Source: Alphaproteobacteria bacterium (lineage in GTDB: Bacteria > Pseudomonadota > Alphaproteobacteria > UBA8317). From it: 64,000 nt of DNA. The stretch's first letter is position 1. The number at the start of each line of letters is the position of its first letter. Shown here one piece after another: positions 31,187 to 43,100 of this stretch. A model generated the notes under the pieces. The model searched no databases and was not told where the DNA came from. It saw only the letters and a program-made list of their open reading frames with translations. The stretch is taken from NCBI GenBank assembly GCA_038131935.1, contig JAYPQH010000032.1, positions 179,302-243,301 of the forward strand, read 5' to 3'. The translations under genes were made by a program, and so were the position numbers.

Positions 31187-32787
31187 TTAAGATATCATAG
31201 AAAACGTTTCTGCCGAGGCGCGCTTCCAAAAAAGGCTCCATTCAACCGGCACTGTATCCTCTTGCAATAAACATCCCTCAGGAATTGATGGATATATATC
31301 TTCGTAGGTGGCAATATGCTGCGGAGCAAGACGTCGATGTATCAAACGCGGGCTGATATCACTTGGACTATCCAGTCCCATAGCACCTACAATAGACAGA
31401 AAATTGTTAAGTGTTTCAGAATGAAAATTGTATGCACGCTCAGCTTTTTCAGATACATCCAACCATTTGTAAAGCCTAGGGTTTGTTGTTGCGACACCAA
31501 CGGGACAGGTATTTTTATTGCACTGTTTTGATTGAATACATCCTACAGCCATCATCATCGCACGCGCACTGTTACAAAGATCCGCCCCCAGTGCGAGCTT
31601 TCTTACCATATCAAAACCTGTGGCAATTTGGCCGCTCGCGATAATACGAATTTGCTCACGGATACCAAATCCAACCAAACTGTGATGCACGAATGCGAGT
31701 GCATCATCTAAAGGCATACCTATATGATTGGCAAATGCCGCGGGAGCAGCACCTGTTCCGCCCTCACCTCCATCAACCGTAATAAAATCAGGAAAAATCT
31801 GCTCAGCAACCATGGCCTTACACAGTGCCAAGAATTGACTTCTCATGCCTATACAAAGCTTAAACCCAACTGGCTTTCCCCCTGATAGCTCTCGCAATTG
31901 CCTTATGAAGTGACATAACCCCTTGGGATCATCAAACATCTGGTGATGTGCGGGTGAATGAACATCTTCTCCCATTTTCACCCCACGCAATCGTGCTATT
32001 TCCGGTGTAATTTTACCTGCTGGTAGCAAACCACCATGGGCAGGCTTTGCGCCTTGCGATAGTTTGACTTCTATCATCACGATTTGTGGCATAAGCGCCT
32101 TTTCAGCAAATCTCTTCGGACAAAATAAGCCTGTATCAGGGTTACGGACGCCAAAATATGCTGTCCCAATTTGCAAACAAACATCCCCACCCATCAAATG
32201 ATAGTCACTTAGCCCCCCTCACCTGTGTTGTGAAAAAACGCACCTTTTTTCGCAGCAAGGTTTAAAGCTTTCAAAGCCGCAGGAGATAGCGCTCCATAAG
32301 ACATAGCTGAAATATTTAGACGTGAGGCCGTGTAGGGGTGCTGACAATCAGCCCCTCCGATTTTCACGCAAGCCTCATTAAGATCAACAATTTTTGGTGC
32401 GAGTGAATGCGATACCCATTCATAACCAGACATGTACATATCACGATCTGTACCAAATGCTATCGTATCATTTACCCCTTTTGCACGGCGGTAAATCAAT
32501 GACCTTGTTTCCCGGTCAAACGGCCGTTCACTCTTATCATCTTCCAGAAAGTATTGTCTTATTTCAGGGCGGAAAAACTCCAGAATGTAGCGAATATGTC
32601 CTAGGACAGGAAATGTCCTCAACAGCGTGTGTTTGGTTTGAAATAGGTCATGCAAAGCAATGCCCAAAAGCACAAATACAAGAGCAAAAAACCAAAAGAT
32701 ATGTGCTTGTTGTATCAACAACCAAAAGAAAACAAATGTTAATACAACAGCAAAACCGGCATACCATGTAAGACGCGATTCCATCAC
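31187..32787 (-). CDS. FMN-binding glutamate synthase family protein with N-terminal TM helices (frameshift near 32212)
   Basis: NISAMSYGALS, NTGEGG, QIGTAYFG, KLSQGAKPAHGG, DGGEGGTGAAP, CIQSKQCNKNTCPVGVAT (3Fe-4S). Confidence 0.9.
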
Positions 32788-32886
32788 AAAGCCCCCATGC
32801 TCACTGAATAAATTTTAGAAAAAAGCTAAAAACAATTTATTTTTTGACATTAGCATAGGTGAAGATGAAATGTCAGTTTCAATCCA

Positions 32887-33581
32887 TCATTCTCGACGCA
32901 AGACATGATCAACAATATGGTTTGCCCAGCGTTGTGCAAGAAACTTTTTTTTCAACGCATCAGGATCATAATGCTCCTCCAACCAGGTTTCGAAGCTAAC
33001 CCCTTGGCGTGCAAACTTAGCGTAATCTGCGACGAAAGCATCCAATAAACCAGTCTTAGCCTGCCGAAAATGACCAAACCGCAATGATAGTTGTGCAGCG
33101 GCCTCTTCTGGTTTTGAGGATTTTTGCGTCAATAAATACAATGCTGCGCCGAGACCAGCACGATCGGCACCAGATTTACAATGCATAAAAGCGGGAAAGT
33201 AATCTCCTGAAGAAGCCCAGAAAATTTCTGCACATCACCAACTTGCGGCACATCACGTGACCTCAAACGAAAATCTACCAATGTTAACCCAAGCCGATGA
33301 CAAGCCTCTGCTTCCAATTGCCAAGTCCCATCATCCCGCGGTCCTCTTAGGTTGATGATGGTACGAACTCCTTTTTCAGCTAGCCAACGTATTCTTCGGG
33401 GTCCAGGTTGATTTCCACGCCACATTTTGTCGTCAATTTTGGCAAAATTTGTCCAGAACCAACCTCTGAGAAACCCATGATCTGTCATCACCAGGTCCCA
33501 CCAATCACGCAAGCCATTGCGTTGGTAGCTTCGATCAATATGTGGAATAAATTCAGGAGAAAAATTATTCATGGCCATCAA
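32887..33581 (-). CDS. Tyrosine/dual-specificity phosphatase family protein (frameshift near 33190)
   Basis: GVRTIINLRG; P-loop HCKSGADRAG. Confidence 0.85.
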
Positions 33582-34150
33582 ATTTTTTCAGAGACCTTTA
33601 TGGCAAATCTACATCCAGCCTCAATAAGCCCACGAACCACGCCAAACATCGGAACATCCTGGGCACCATGGGCAAGGGCCAAATCACGGTGTTCTACTTC
33701 CTCTGATTGGAATTGCGTAAGCTTTTCTGCCAACTCTTCATCACCTTCTTGCCTCACAGTAACGATTTGCTCTTCATAATGGTGATCAATGACAGTCTCC
33801 ACCGCGGCGGTACAAGCATGCGCCATTTTAGGTCCCCATAGGGCTGTTCCTAAGCCCAAAACGGTACCTGCAACTTTCCATATTGGCTGTAACATTGTGG
33901 GAGCAACATCATGCTTTGGCAACGTTTTCTCAAAATGCTTGAGGTGTGCAACTTCCTGATGATGCATATGTTGCACCTGCCCCAATGTGGCTTTGGCATT
34001 TCGATGCACGGCAAGGCCAGCAAGCTGTCCCTCATAAATACGCACAGCGCCCAATTCACCCGCATGATCAACACGAAGCATCTCTTTTAGCCTCTGCTGC
34101 TCATGAAATCGCGACCTGGGGATCTTGAGTTGTTTCCTTATTGTATTCAT
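33578..34150 (-). CDS. coq7: Demethoxyubiquinone hydroxylase (di-iron, Coq7)
   Basis: LRVDHAGELGAVRIYEGQ, EVAH, AVETVIDHHYEEQ, EEVEH. Confidence 0.92.
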   Translation of the reverse strand: MNTIRKQLKIPRSRFHEQQRLKEMLRVDHAGELGAVRIYEGQLAGLAVHRNAKATLGQVQHMHHQEVAHLKHFEKTLPKHDVAPTMLQPIWKVAGTVLGLGTALWGPKMAHACTAAVETVIDHHYEEQIVTVRQEGDEELAEKLTQFQSEEVEHRDLALAHGAQDVPMFGVVRGLIEAGCRFAIKVSEKI

Positions 34151-34226
34151 TTACTCCTCTGGAAAAATCTCATAAGCCTTATGTCCACATAGTGCATATG
34201 CAAGCAATCAGCAAATAGGTAACCAG

Positions 34227-35300
34227 ATGAGCGTATATAAAATTGCCGCTATCCCGGCAGACGGTATCGGAATTGAAGTCATTGATGCAGGCTTGCAAGT
34301 CCTCGAGAGTTTGGCTGAGCGTGATGGTGGCTTCCAATTGGACGTTACCCATTTTGATTGGGGATCTGAGAGATATAAAAAAACCGGGAAATTCATGCCA
34401 GATAATGGACGAGACGAACTGCAACGGTTTGACGCCATTTTCTTTGGCGCTGTTGGTGCGCCAGATGTCCCTGATCACATAAGTTTGTGGGGCCTCAGGC
34501 TTCCTATTTGCCAAGGGTTTGACCAGTACGCGAATGTTCGCCCGACAAAAATCTTACCTGGTATAAAAACACCACTTGCCGATGTCGGACCTGGAGATCT
34601 TGACTGGGTGATTGTTCGAGAAAATTCAGAGGGCGAATATGCAGGCCATGGTGGCCGTGCACATCGTGGATTTCCTGAAGAAGTTGCGACGGAAACCGCT
34701 ATATTTACGCGCGCGGGCGTTTCCCGCATTATGCGTTATGCGTTCACCTTGGCGCAGTCGCGACCTCGCAAACTGCTGACGGTGGTTACAAAATCAAATG
34801 CGCAGCGCTTTGGGATGGTCATGTGGGATGAAATCGCAGCTGAATTTGCTCTAGAATTTCCAGATGTGACATGGGACAAGATGATGGTCGACGCCATGAC
34901 CATGCGCATGGTCAAAGATCCAAAATCTTTAGATACGATTGTTGCGACAAACCTTCATGCTGACATTCTCTCCGACCTTGCAGGTGCGCTTGCAGGAAGC
35001 TTAGGTGTTGCGCCAACCGCCAACATTGATCCTGAAAGACGCTACCCCTCAATGTTTGAGCCTATCCATGGTTCTGCCTTTGACATTGTAGGAAAAGGCA
35101 TTGCTAATCCCATTGCAACATTTTGGACTGCGTCCCAAATGCTTGATCACTTGGGCGAATCTAACGCAGCTATGCGCTTAATGTCTGCTATAGATCATGT
35201 ATGTGCCCAGGGTATTTCCACACCTGATATCGGTGGAAATGCGACCACCCAAGAAGTCACTGATGCTATCTGTGATTATATTCGAACATCCAATTCATGA
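34227..35300 (+). CDS. Tartrate / D-malate dehydrogenase (decarboxylating)
   Basis: IPADGIGIEV, PDHISLWGL, FDQYANVRP, RENSEGEY, TKSNAQ, SMFEPIHGSAFDI. Confidence 0.9.
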   Translation: MSVYKIAAIPADGIGIEVIDAGLQVLESLAERDGGFQLDVTHFDWGSERYKKTGKFMPDNGRDELQRFDAIFFGAVGAPDVPDHISLWGLRLPICQGFDQYANVRPTKILPGIKTPLADVGPGDLDWVIVRENSEGEYAGHGGRAHRGFPEEVATETAIFTRAGVSRIMRYAFTLAQSRPRKLLTVVTKSNAQRFGMVMWDEIAAEFALEFPDVTWDKMMVDAMTMRMVKDPKSLDTIVATNLHADILSDLAGALAGSLGVAPTANIDPERRYPSMFEPIHGSAFDIVGKGIANPIATFWTASQMLDHLGESNAAMRLMSAIDHVCAQGISTPDIGGNATTQEVTDAICDYIRTSNS

Positions 35301-35357
35301 GGTAGACCGAAGGCTTTTTTGAATATGGCACCCACAATCTTAGCAAACGTTACATAG

Positions 35358-36290
35358 ATGCATATTTTGTTGGCAGGGCCAACCGGCCAGATTGGATCAG
35401 CCCTGCTTGCACAATTGCTAGTGGCAGGGCACCAAGTCACTGCCGCTACAAGAAAAGTTCCGTCTCATACAGCTTGCCAATATAAGCATGTTACCTGGAT
35501 TCATTATGAAAAACTTTTTGAAGACAAGTTTTTACCTCATAGCCCCATAGATTGGGTTATTTCTTGCGTTGCTTCACGAACAGGTGCACCATTGGATGCG
35601 AAGAAAGTTGATTTTGGACTTAATATCGAACTTCTTACCTTCGCCCAGAAGCATAAGCTAAAGGGCTTCATGTTGCTCTCTGCCATTTGCGTACAAAAAC
35701 CCAAATTAGCCTTTCAGGGAGAAAAATTAAAATTTGAAAAATGCCTAAGAGAAGCTGATTTACCATTCGTGATCGTCAGACCAACAGCCTTTTTTCAATC
35801 CCTCTCAACACAAGTGCGCCGTTGTTACGACGGAAAGGTTTTTTACCTTTTTGGCAATGGGCACCTTACAGCATGCAAACCAATATCACCAAGTGATTTG
35901 TCCGCTTTTATGATTGGATGTCTCAACGACCAAACGAGGCACTATCAAATTCATAATATTGGTGGCCCGGGACCTGCAATAACACCAAGAGATCAAGTTA
36001 AATTGCTTGAAAGCATATTACAAAGATCTATAAAAACACGCTCTATATCACCCAAAATTTTTGATGTTTTACGTTGGTTTTTATGGCCCTTTTGTGCGGT
36101 TTCTTCACGCGCAAGCACCGCTCATGAGTACCTGCGGATCGCAAAATATTACGCAACAGAGTCCATGCTGGTCTGGGATTCTCAGACGAATACATACAAC
36201 GCTGATTTGACAGCCGAGACAGGTCAGGACACTCTTGATGCTCATTATCGAGACCTCATTGCAGGCTTTGAAACGGAGCGTAACGCGTAA
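35358..36290 (+). CDS. bciA: BciA/DVR-type NADPH-dependent 8-vinyl reductase homolog
   Basis: SCVASRTG, LLSAICVQKP, KLKFE, IVRPTAFF, FGNG..ACKPIS, IGGPGPAITP, YYATESML match the DVR/BciA family in order. Confidence 0.8.
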   Translation: MHILLAGPTGQIGSALLAQLLVAGHQVTAATRKVPSHTACQYKHVTWIHYEKLFEDKFLPHSPIDWVISCVASRTGAPLDAKKVDFGLNIELLTFAQKHKLKGFMLLSAICVQKPKLAFQGEKLKFEKCLREADLPFVIVRPTAFFQSLSTQVRRCYDGKVFYLFGNGHLTACKPISPSDLSAFMIGCLNDQTRHYQIHNIGGPGPAITPRDQVKLLESILQRSIKTRSISPKIFDVLRWFLWPFCAVSSRASTAHEYLRIAKYYATESMLVWDSQTNTYNADLTAETGQDTLDAHYRDLIAGFETERNA

Positions 36291-36324
36291 GTTGGGTTTT
36301 GCTCAGGCACGGAAGGGACAATGT

Positions 36325-36852
36325 ATGCAGGAAGATGATACAAAACTCAAAACGCCCCCACAAACAGAATATTCCATATTGCAACAGAGGGAAATCGAAG
36401 CGCATATCCTCAAAAACGTCTTTGTTATTGCCTCTCAACGTTGGGGCGAACAAGCCGCGAAAGAATTGATCGCTGAGACATGTGCGCAAGCGGCAATAGA
36501 GCATGGACAACATCTTGCACAAGAGAATGGGAAGATACCTAATTTGGAAGATTTCATGAATATTCTTCCTCGCTGGACTGCAGGAAACGCCCTTGAAATT
36601 GAAGTTCTCGAATCAAGCGCCACCAAACTGCATTTCAATGTTACGCGCTGTCGTTATGCTGAATTGTACAAGGATTTAGGTCTTCAAGATTTGGGACCAT
36701 TGCTAAGTTGTGAGCGGGATGGGCGTTTTTGTGAAGGATACAACAGGGACATTGTCTTTCAAAGAACCCAAACCATCATGCAAGGCGCCAGTCATTGTGA
36801 CTTCAAATATGACATGCCCTCCACGGGAAATAATGAAGAAAGCCAATCTTAA
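36325..36852 (+). CDS. L-2-amino-thiazoline-4-carboxylic acid hydrolase family protein
   Basis: REIEA, FNVTRCRYAELY, LSCERD, RTQTIMQGASHCDF. Confidence 0.8.
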   Translation: MQEDDTKLKTPPQTEYSILQQREIEAHILKNVFVIASQRWGEQAAKELIAETCAQAAIEHGQHLAQENGKIPNLEDFMNILPRWTAGNALEIEVLESSATKLHFNVTRCRYAELYKDLGLQDLGPLLSCERDGRFCEGYNRDIVFQRTQTIMQGASHCDFKYDMPSTGNNEESQS

Positions 36853-37170
36853 TAACTCACAGAAATACAATCATATTCTTAGCAAAATGTCAGAATGCAA
36901 AACCATAAAATACTTCTGCTATCTGGCATGGTATGTGCACAAATCTTGTGTAAAATTTACCGAACCGAGAGGTATGCGATCTTGAAGCCCGCTGCATATG
37001 TGAATGAGTACAAAGTTTTGAAAATGAATTGCTCTTTGCAAGGACAACAGGATAGCTGGCCAGGTACCGGCCCACATTGCTTCACCACAATGTCATCTCA
37101 TAGGTTGGAAAGTAGGCAAAGATACGTCGCCGTTAAGACAGCAAAAATGGAACATCACATGGATTACAAC

Positions 37171-40100
37171 ATGGCAGAATTACAGAAATATAAAAAACAA
37201 AAAAGCTGGAAATCCAATTTTTGGTTTTTGTCTTCCACGTCGATAATAGCTTTTGCAGCCATGAATTCTTCTGTTGAGGCTCAGTCTTCCTCAACAAATA
37301 TCATTGGTGAAAGTGGCTCTTACTGGTTGCCTCAATTTGATAAGATTGCATGGGTTCAACAGACAGGTCGCGGCCTTGAAATCAAACTATTTGATGGTGA
37401 AACCCTTCTGGTTCCACCTCAATATTTTGTCATGCGTGAACATGAAATCTTTGTAGGCGAAGCCTGGCTTCAAGAGAATGCCCCTGAATTCATGACACCT
37501 AAACAGACGGCTAAAGGTGATTTCTTAGCGCTTGTATCCTGTTGGCAGGGCAGTGAACGTTCATGGAAAAGTGGCATCAATGATTTTGGTCAAAAGCGAT
37601 CAGACATAGATTTTTACGCCAACCTCGAAGGAATCAAGGGGGGGGAATTTTTAGAAAACGGTCTTGCGCGGCTTGAACAATTTGATGGTGGTTATTTGAC
37701 CATCAACCCACAACAAAATGCCATGATCAACGGTACGGTTTATGTATCAGGATCTTGGTTGAAAAATATTGCACCTGATGTTGTAAGCTTGTCTCTTGAT
37801 AAAGCTGAGGGAAGCCTAGGGTCCATCATTGCCTGCGCGGTTGATCAATTACCACCACCCTCACCCCAAACAGAATTTGTCGTGGTTGAAAATCTTGAAG
37901 ATGCCGTTTTGGTACCGGGTCAAGGTGCAGAATTTTTTACCAAAAACGGTAAGCAACTATGGGCACCACTTGATGTTATTAGCACTGCTGGAGGTACATT
38001 AACCGTCGACCAAGAATGGTTGAATAGCGTGGGTTACGATAATACGCTTCCACCGCCACCTCAACCCACAGTGACATCTTCTGATCAGGCGTCATCTGAT
38101 GGAGGCTGGATGGGTATACTTGCAGGTGTTGCAGGTCTTGGATTGGGTGGCGCAGCACTTGGTGGAATGGGAGGAGGATCTTCATCCAGTGACCAAGCTG
38201 GCAACGCTGATGAACCTTTAACACCAAATTTTACATCCATTGTTTCTGAAAATGGCGAAGTGGTTACCGAAATCATAGACTTAGGAAGTTTACCAATTCA
38301 GATACAAGTGAACGAAAATGTCAGTGCGGGAACGTCAGCATTCCAAATACAAGCCGAAGATGGGAACACAGGCGCGACGATTTCTTACGCTATCACGGGA
38401 AAAGATGCCTCACAATTCATCATCAACAAAACAACGGGCAATGTTACCTTTAAAAACGCTCCTGATTATTAAAGCCAACAACAATACCAACTTTTGTGTT
38501 GGCTACAGATAACCTGAACAGAGTCCACAATCAAAAGTTCTCGTAAATATCAACGATCTTGACGAAGCCGGCAATGAGGCGCCTCAAGTCACTTTTGAAA
38601 ATATTCAAATCATTGAGGAAACCAACGAAATTGGCACCTTAATATTTGAGGCGACAGTAAATGACGTTGATGAAAATGAGAGCTTTTTTTATCAAATCTC
38701 AGGCCCCGCAGAGGACTCATTTGCAATTGATGCTCATGGAAACATCACCAACCTCGTCGCCCTCGATTATGAGACAAAATCGAGCATGTGATCAAAGTTA
38801 CGGTGATAGATTCTGGGGGATTAAGTGCAAGTCAGGATGTCGCCATTGTTGTAAAACACATCTGTTGGCGATGTGACTAACAACACACCAGTTTCTATCT
38901 GATAATAAAACTTTTATTGCAGAAGGGATTAGCAACATTGTTTTGTTTAAACCTGATGTTCATGATCCAGATTCTGAAGCTTCATTATCCTACAGCATTT
39001 CAGGAAAAGATGCCGCATTCTTAGAAATCGATATAAATACTGGTTTTGTCTACCTTAAAGACAAAGAAGCAGCGAATTTTGAAACAAAACGACTCTACGA
39101 ATATGTGGTTGAGGTCACAGATGGCATCATCGCTGAGCCGGTGGGTCATAGCATGCTCACAGAAGTTATTGATGGAAATGACATCAACCAAAACGATCAG
39201 CCAGAATTTGCAAGTGAGTCAACTTACAATATCCTTGGTTCGCCTAGCTTAGGCCAAGTCATTTACCGTGCCGGTATCTATGACGCTGATTCCAATGACA
39301 GCCACACATTTGCCCTCACCGCAAATCCAGGAGCACCCCTGAATATTGACACAAAGACTGGTGCTGTCTCCATCAACAGTGCAGAATTGGGGGATGAAGA
39401 AATAGGCTTTAACTTTCGCGTGTCCGTTACCGACAGCGCGGGGGCAACTGATAGCCAGAATGTTGCTGTAAACTTTTCAGGTACATCAACTTATTCAGTA
39501 GGTGTGGCCAAAGGCATTCCTAGTGATGTCCAGGTCTTTTTTGACACCAATGGAGATCTTAGCCATACCCCTGGCATAGACTCCGACTTGGGCGTCGCTG
39601 ATGCTGATGGTAATTTCACCTTGCGCATCAAAAATCTAGACAATGGTGTGCTTGTTATGCGTGCAAGCAATATATCAGAAGATCTAATCACCAACATTGA
39701 CATATCCGGCTTGGTTTTGACGGCGCCAGTTGGGGCTAATGTGATATCGCCCCTGACCACCTTGCTCAATGATATGGATGAGTCAAACCTCCTTTTGCAA
39801 AAGCTGGGTCTGTCTCCTGATATCAACCTCACAAATTATCATCCTTATAGCGATATGACTGCGGAAGCCGTTCTTGACCCAGAGCATGGTTTGGCATTTG
39901 AAAAGTTATCTTATCAAATTTTTAATATTATATCGCTGTTGCAAGATTATGGTGATGCGGCTGAGTTGTTACCTGAGAAAAGTGAAACATCATTCTTAAA
40001 TCTTCTTGGACAGGCGATACTGCAAAATGAGCAGGAAGTTGTCGACCTTTCAGACGTCGACACGCTGAATCAGTTGATTCTAGAGGTTCAATCTATCCCT

Positions 40101-43100
40101 CAAATACAACAATCTAACGTCGCAGATGATTTGCTAAACCTCTCGCTTGAAATGGGGGCCGTTGCCGTAGCGCAATTAAACAGCAAAATTGCAGATGCAG
40201 CAGATGAAACGACCTTCATTGACGTTATAACGAGCATTCTTCCTGAATATAACGCAGAAATTAATGAAAGCCTCACGCTGCGCAACCCAACCATAGAGAT
40301 CAATACCTTTGCTGGTAAAGGATATTTCACAGCATCAAAAACCACGCCTCACGCTTTAGATGGCTCACCACAGGATGACCTTTTTGAGTTGCGCGATACC
40401 TTAGATGTTACAGATGTGGTCACTGGTGGTACAGGTCTTGATGAGCTGAGGTATACTGATACCAATAACGATGTGAACGAGTTAGACAACGTTACAGGTA
40501 TAGAGAGAGTTGTTTTTGGCAATGCCAATACTGTTCTTGTGACAAGGGATGTATTGGTACCAGATGGCGGGAGCATTGTATTTGATGCGACCAACATTCT
40601 TGCACCTAATGCATTGAACCTGGACACCCGTGCTGAAACAAATGGCTTTGTTACAGTACGCGCAGGAACCGGCGATGATGTCATTACAACCGGTCAACGT
40701 GACGATATCATTGATATGGGAGAATCCCTCAGCGCCGCAGATACTATTGATGGACAAGCAGGCGTTGATAGGCTTTTATTCACTGACAACAACAATGCCA
40801 TTGACGATCTTAATGGTGTAAAAAATGTAGAATATGTTGTGCTAGGAAACGCCACCACCAGGATTACGTCGTCTGATGAGGTTGTTGCTGCCAACGAAAC
40901 ATTGCATATTGATGCAACCAACATCTTGGCGGACCAGTTTTTGGTGTTCGATGGTGGTGCGGAACTTGATGGACAATTTCATATTACAGCAAGCCAAGGA
41001 AATGACCAACTTACAGGTGGACAAGGTGATGATGCGTTTATTATGGACATTTATCTTACCAGTCTCGATCTCATAGATGGTCAAACAGGAACAGATAGTT
41101 TGGCCTTTACGGATTCAGGTGAGGCCACATCAGACCTAGATAATGTCCGAAATGTGGAAAATATTACACTCGGCAACGCAACAACTGGAAGTGGTTGCTC
41201 GTGATAGCCTTATTTCTGAAGGGGCAACCGTAAAGATTGACGCAACCTCTATTGATGTGACGAATAGCCTTACATTTGATGGCCGGGCAGAAACTGATGG
41301 TGCCTACATATTCACTTTAGGTGAAAGCAGTTTAGATGTTTCAACTGGTAGGGGTGATGATGAATTCATTCTGGAATCCATTTTAGACAGTGCAGACAGC
41401 ATAGACGGTGGAGACGGAACAGACAGTATTCAATTTACTGATGGAAATGGCGCTGATGATGACCTCAACAATGTCAAAAATATTGAAAAAATTATTTTGG
41501 GCGATGCCGTCACCTCCATTGTAGCCACAGATGATTTGCTGTCATCGGGAGGACAATTGGAGCTCGATGCAAGTGCCCTCACCATAGCACATGGTTTGAA
41601 TTATGATGCATCTGCTGAGACGGATGGTCATTATTTGGTAACAGCGGGGTTAGGCAATGATCGGCTTGTGTTGGGTGCTGGAGATGACATCATCAAAATG
41701 TCATCTCACCTCACACAAGCAGACGAAATCGATGGCGGCGCAGGCGAAGACCGTCTTGTTTTAAAGGATAATGACGAAAATAATGATTATTTGGACAGTG
41801 TGAGAAACATTGAAATCATTGAATTAGAAAATAGCGCCACGACCATTGCAACAATTGATGCACTCGTTGCAGAAAATGCACAAATCTTTTTTGATGCATC
41901 AAAACTCACCTCAGAAAATAACCTCAACCTTAATGCATCCGAAGAAAGTGATGGACATTACCAAGTTCATGCAGGCCTCGGTAATGACATCATTCAATTG
42001 GGAACAGGGAATGACATTGTTAACTTTGGGCAAGGATTGAATAGCCTAGATGAAGTGAGCGGTGGCCTTGGTGAGGATCAACTTATTTATCGTGATAGTA
42101 ATGAGGCCAGCGACGAATTAAACAACGTCAAAGGCTTCGAAAAGATCATTCTAGAAGATGCCATCACAGACATCGAAACGATAGATGAACTCATTCTGGC
42201 GAATGAAACGTTGACCATTGATGCACGTGCACTGTCTTCCAGAGCAACCTTACACTTGTTGCAACGGCTGAAGCTGATGGTCATTATATTGTATCAACAG
42301 GGTCAGGAAATGATAGACTTGTGATGGGTGCGGGAGATGACATCATTAACATGTCAACGCATCTCACCAAATCAGATATCATCGATGGTGGAACGGGAAC
42401 AGATACACTTACCTTCACAGACAGCAACAATGCTGCCGATGATCTTGATCAGGTGACCAATATTGAAACCATCACCTTGGGCGATGCCACTACCAATCTA
42501 ACAATCAAAGATAGTCTTGTAGCCAACGGTGCATCCCTCACTTTAGATGCGAGCAACCTTACTTCCACCAACACCCTCACATTTGATGCCTCAGCTGAAT
42601 TAGATGGTAACTTTGTGCTGACCGGTGGTGCAGGTAATGACCAAGTAACAATGGGTCAAGGCACAGACCGAGTATCTCTTGGTATCGGTGATGACTATGT
42701 ACATTTTGGTGCCTACCTCACAACAACAGACATTATTGATGGTGGCGCAGGAAGCGATACCCTTACCTTTACCGATAATGGGTTAGGCACAGATGAACTC
42801 GATAACGTCCGAAATTTTGAGTTCATTACTTTAGGTGACGCCAATACATCTATTGTTGCCACGGATGAATTAATCATTTCTGAGGGCAATATAACACTTG
42901 ATGCGCGCAATCTCTCTGCAGCTCATGGTTTAAACTTTGATGCATCTGCTGAAACTGACGGTGATTACTTTGTGAGCACGGGAGCGGGAGATGACAGCCT
43001 GATCTTGGGCGGCGGGGATGATGTCATCAGCATGTCTACTCATCTAACACGCGATGATCAAATCGATGGTGGTGCGGGACAAAACACCCTTACCTTTACG

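Noticed and set aside
36895-37146. N-terminal extension of ORF 36895-38472
   Set aside because: Not protein-like and starts 43 bp after the previous gene; the signal-peptide-like segment begins near 37171, so this is more likely promoter or UTR.
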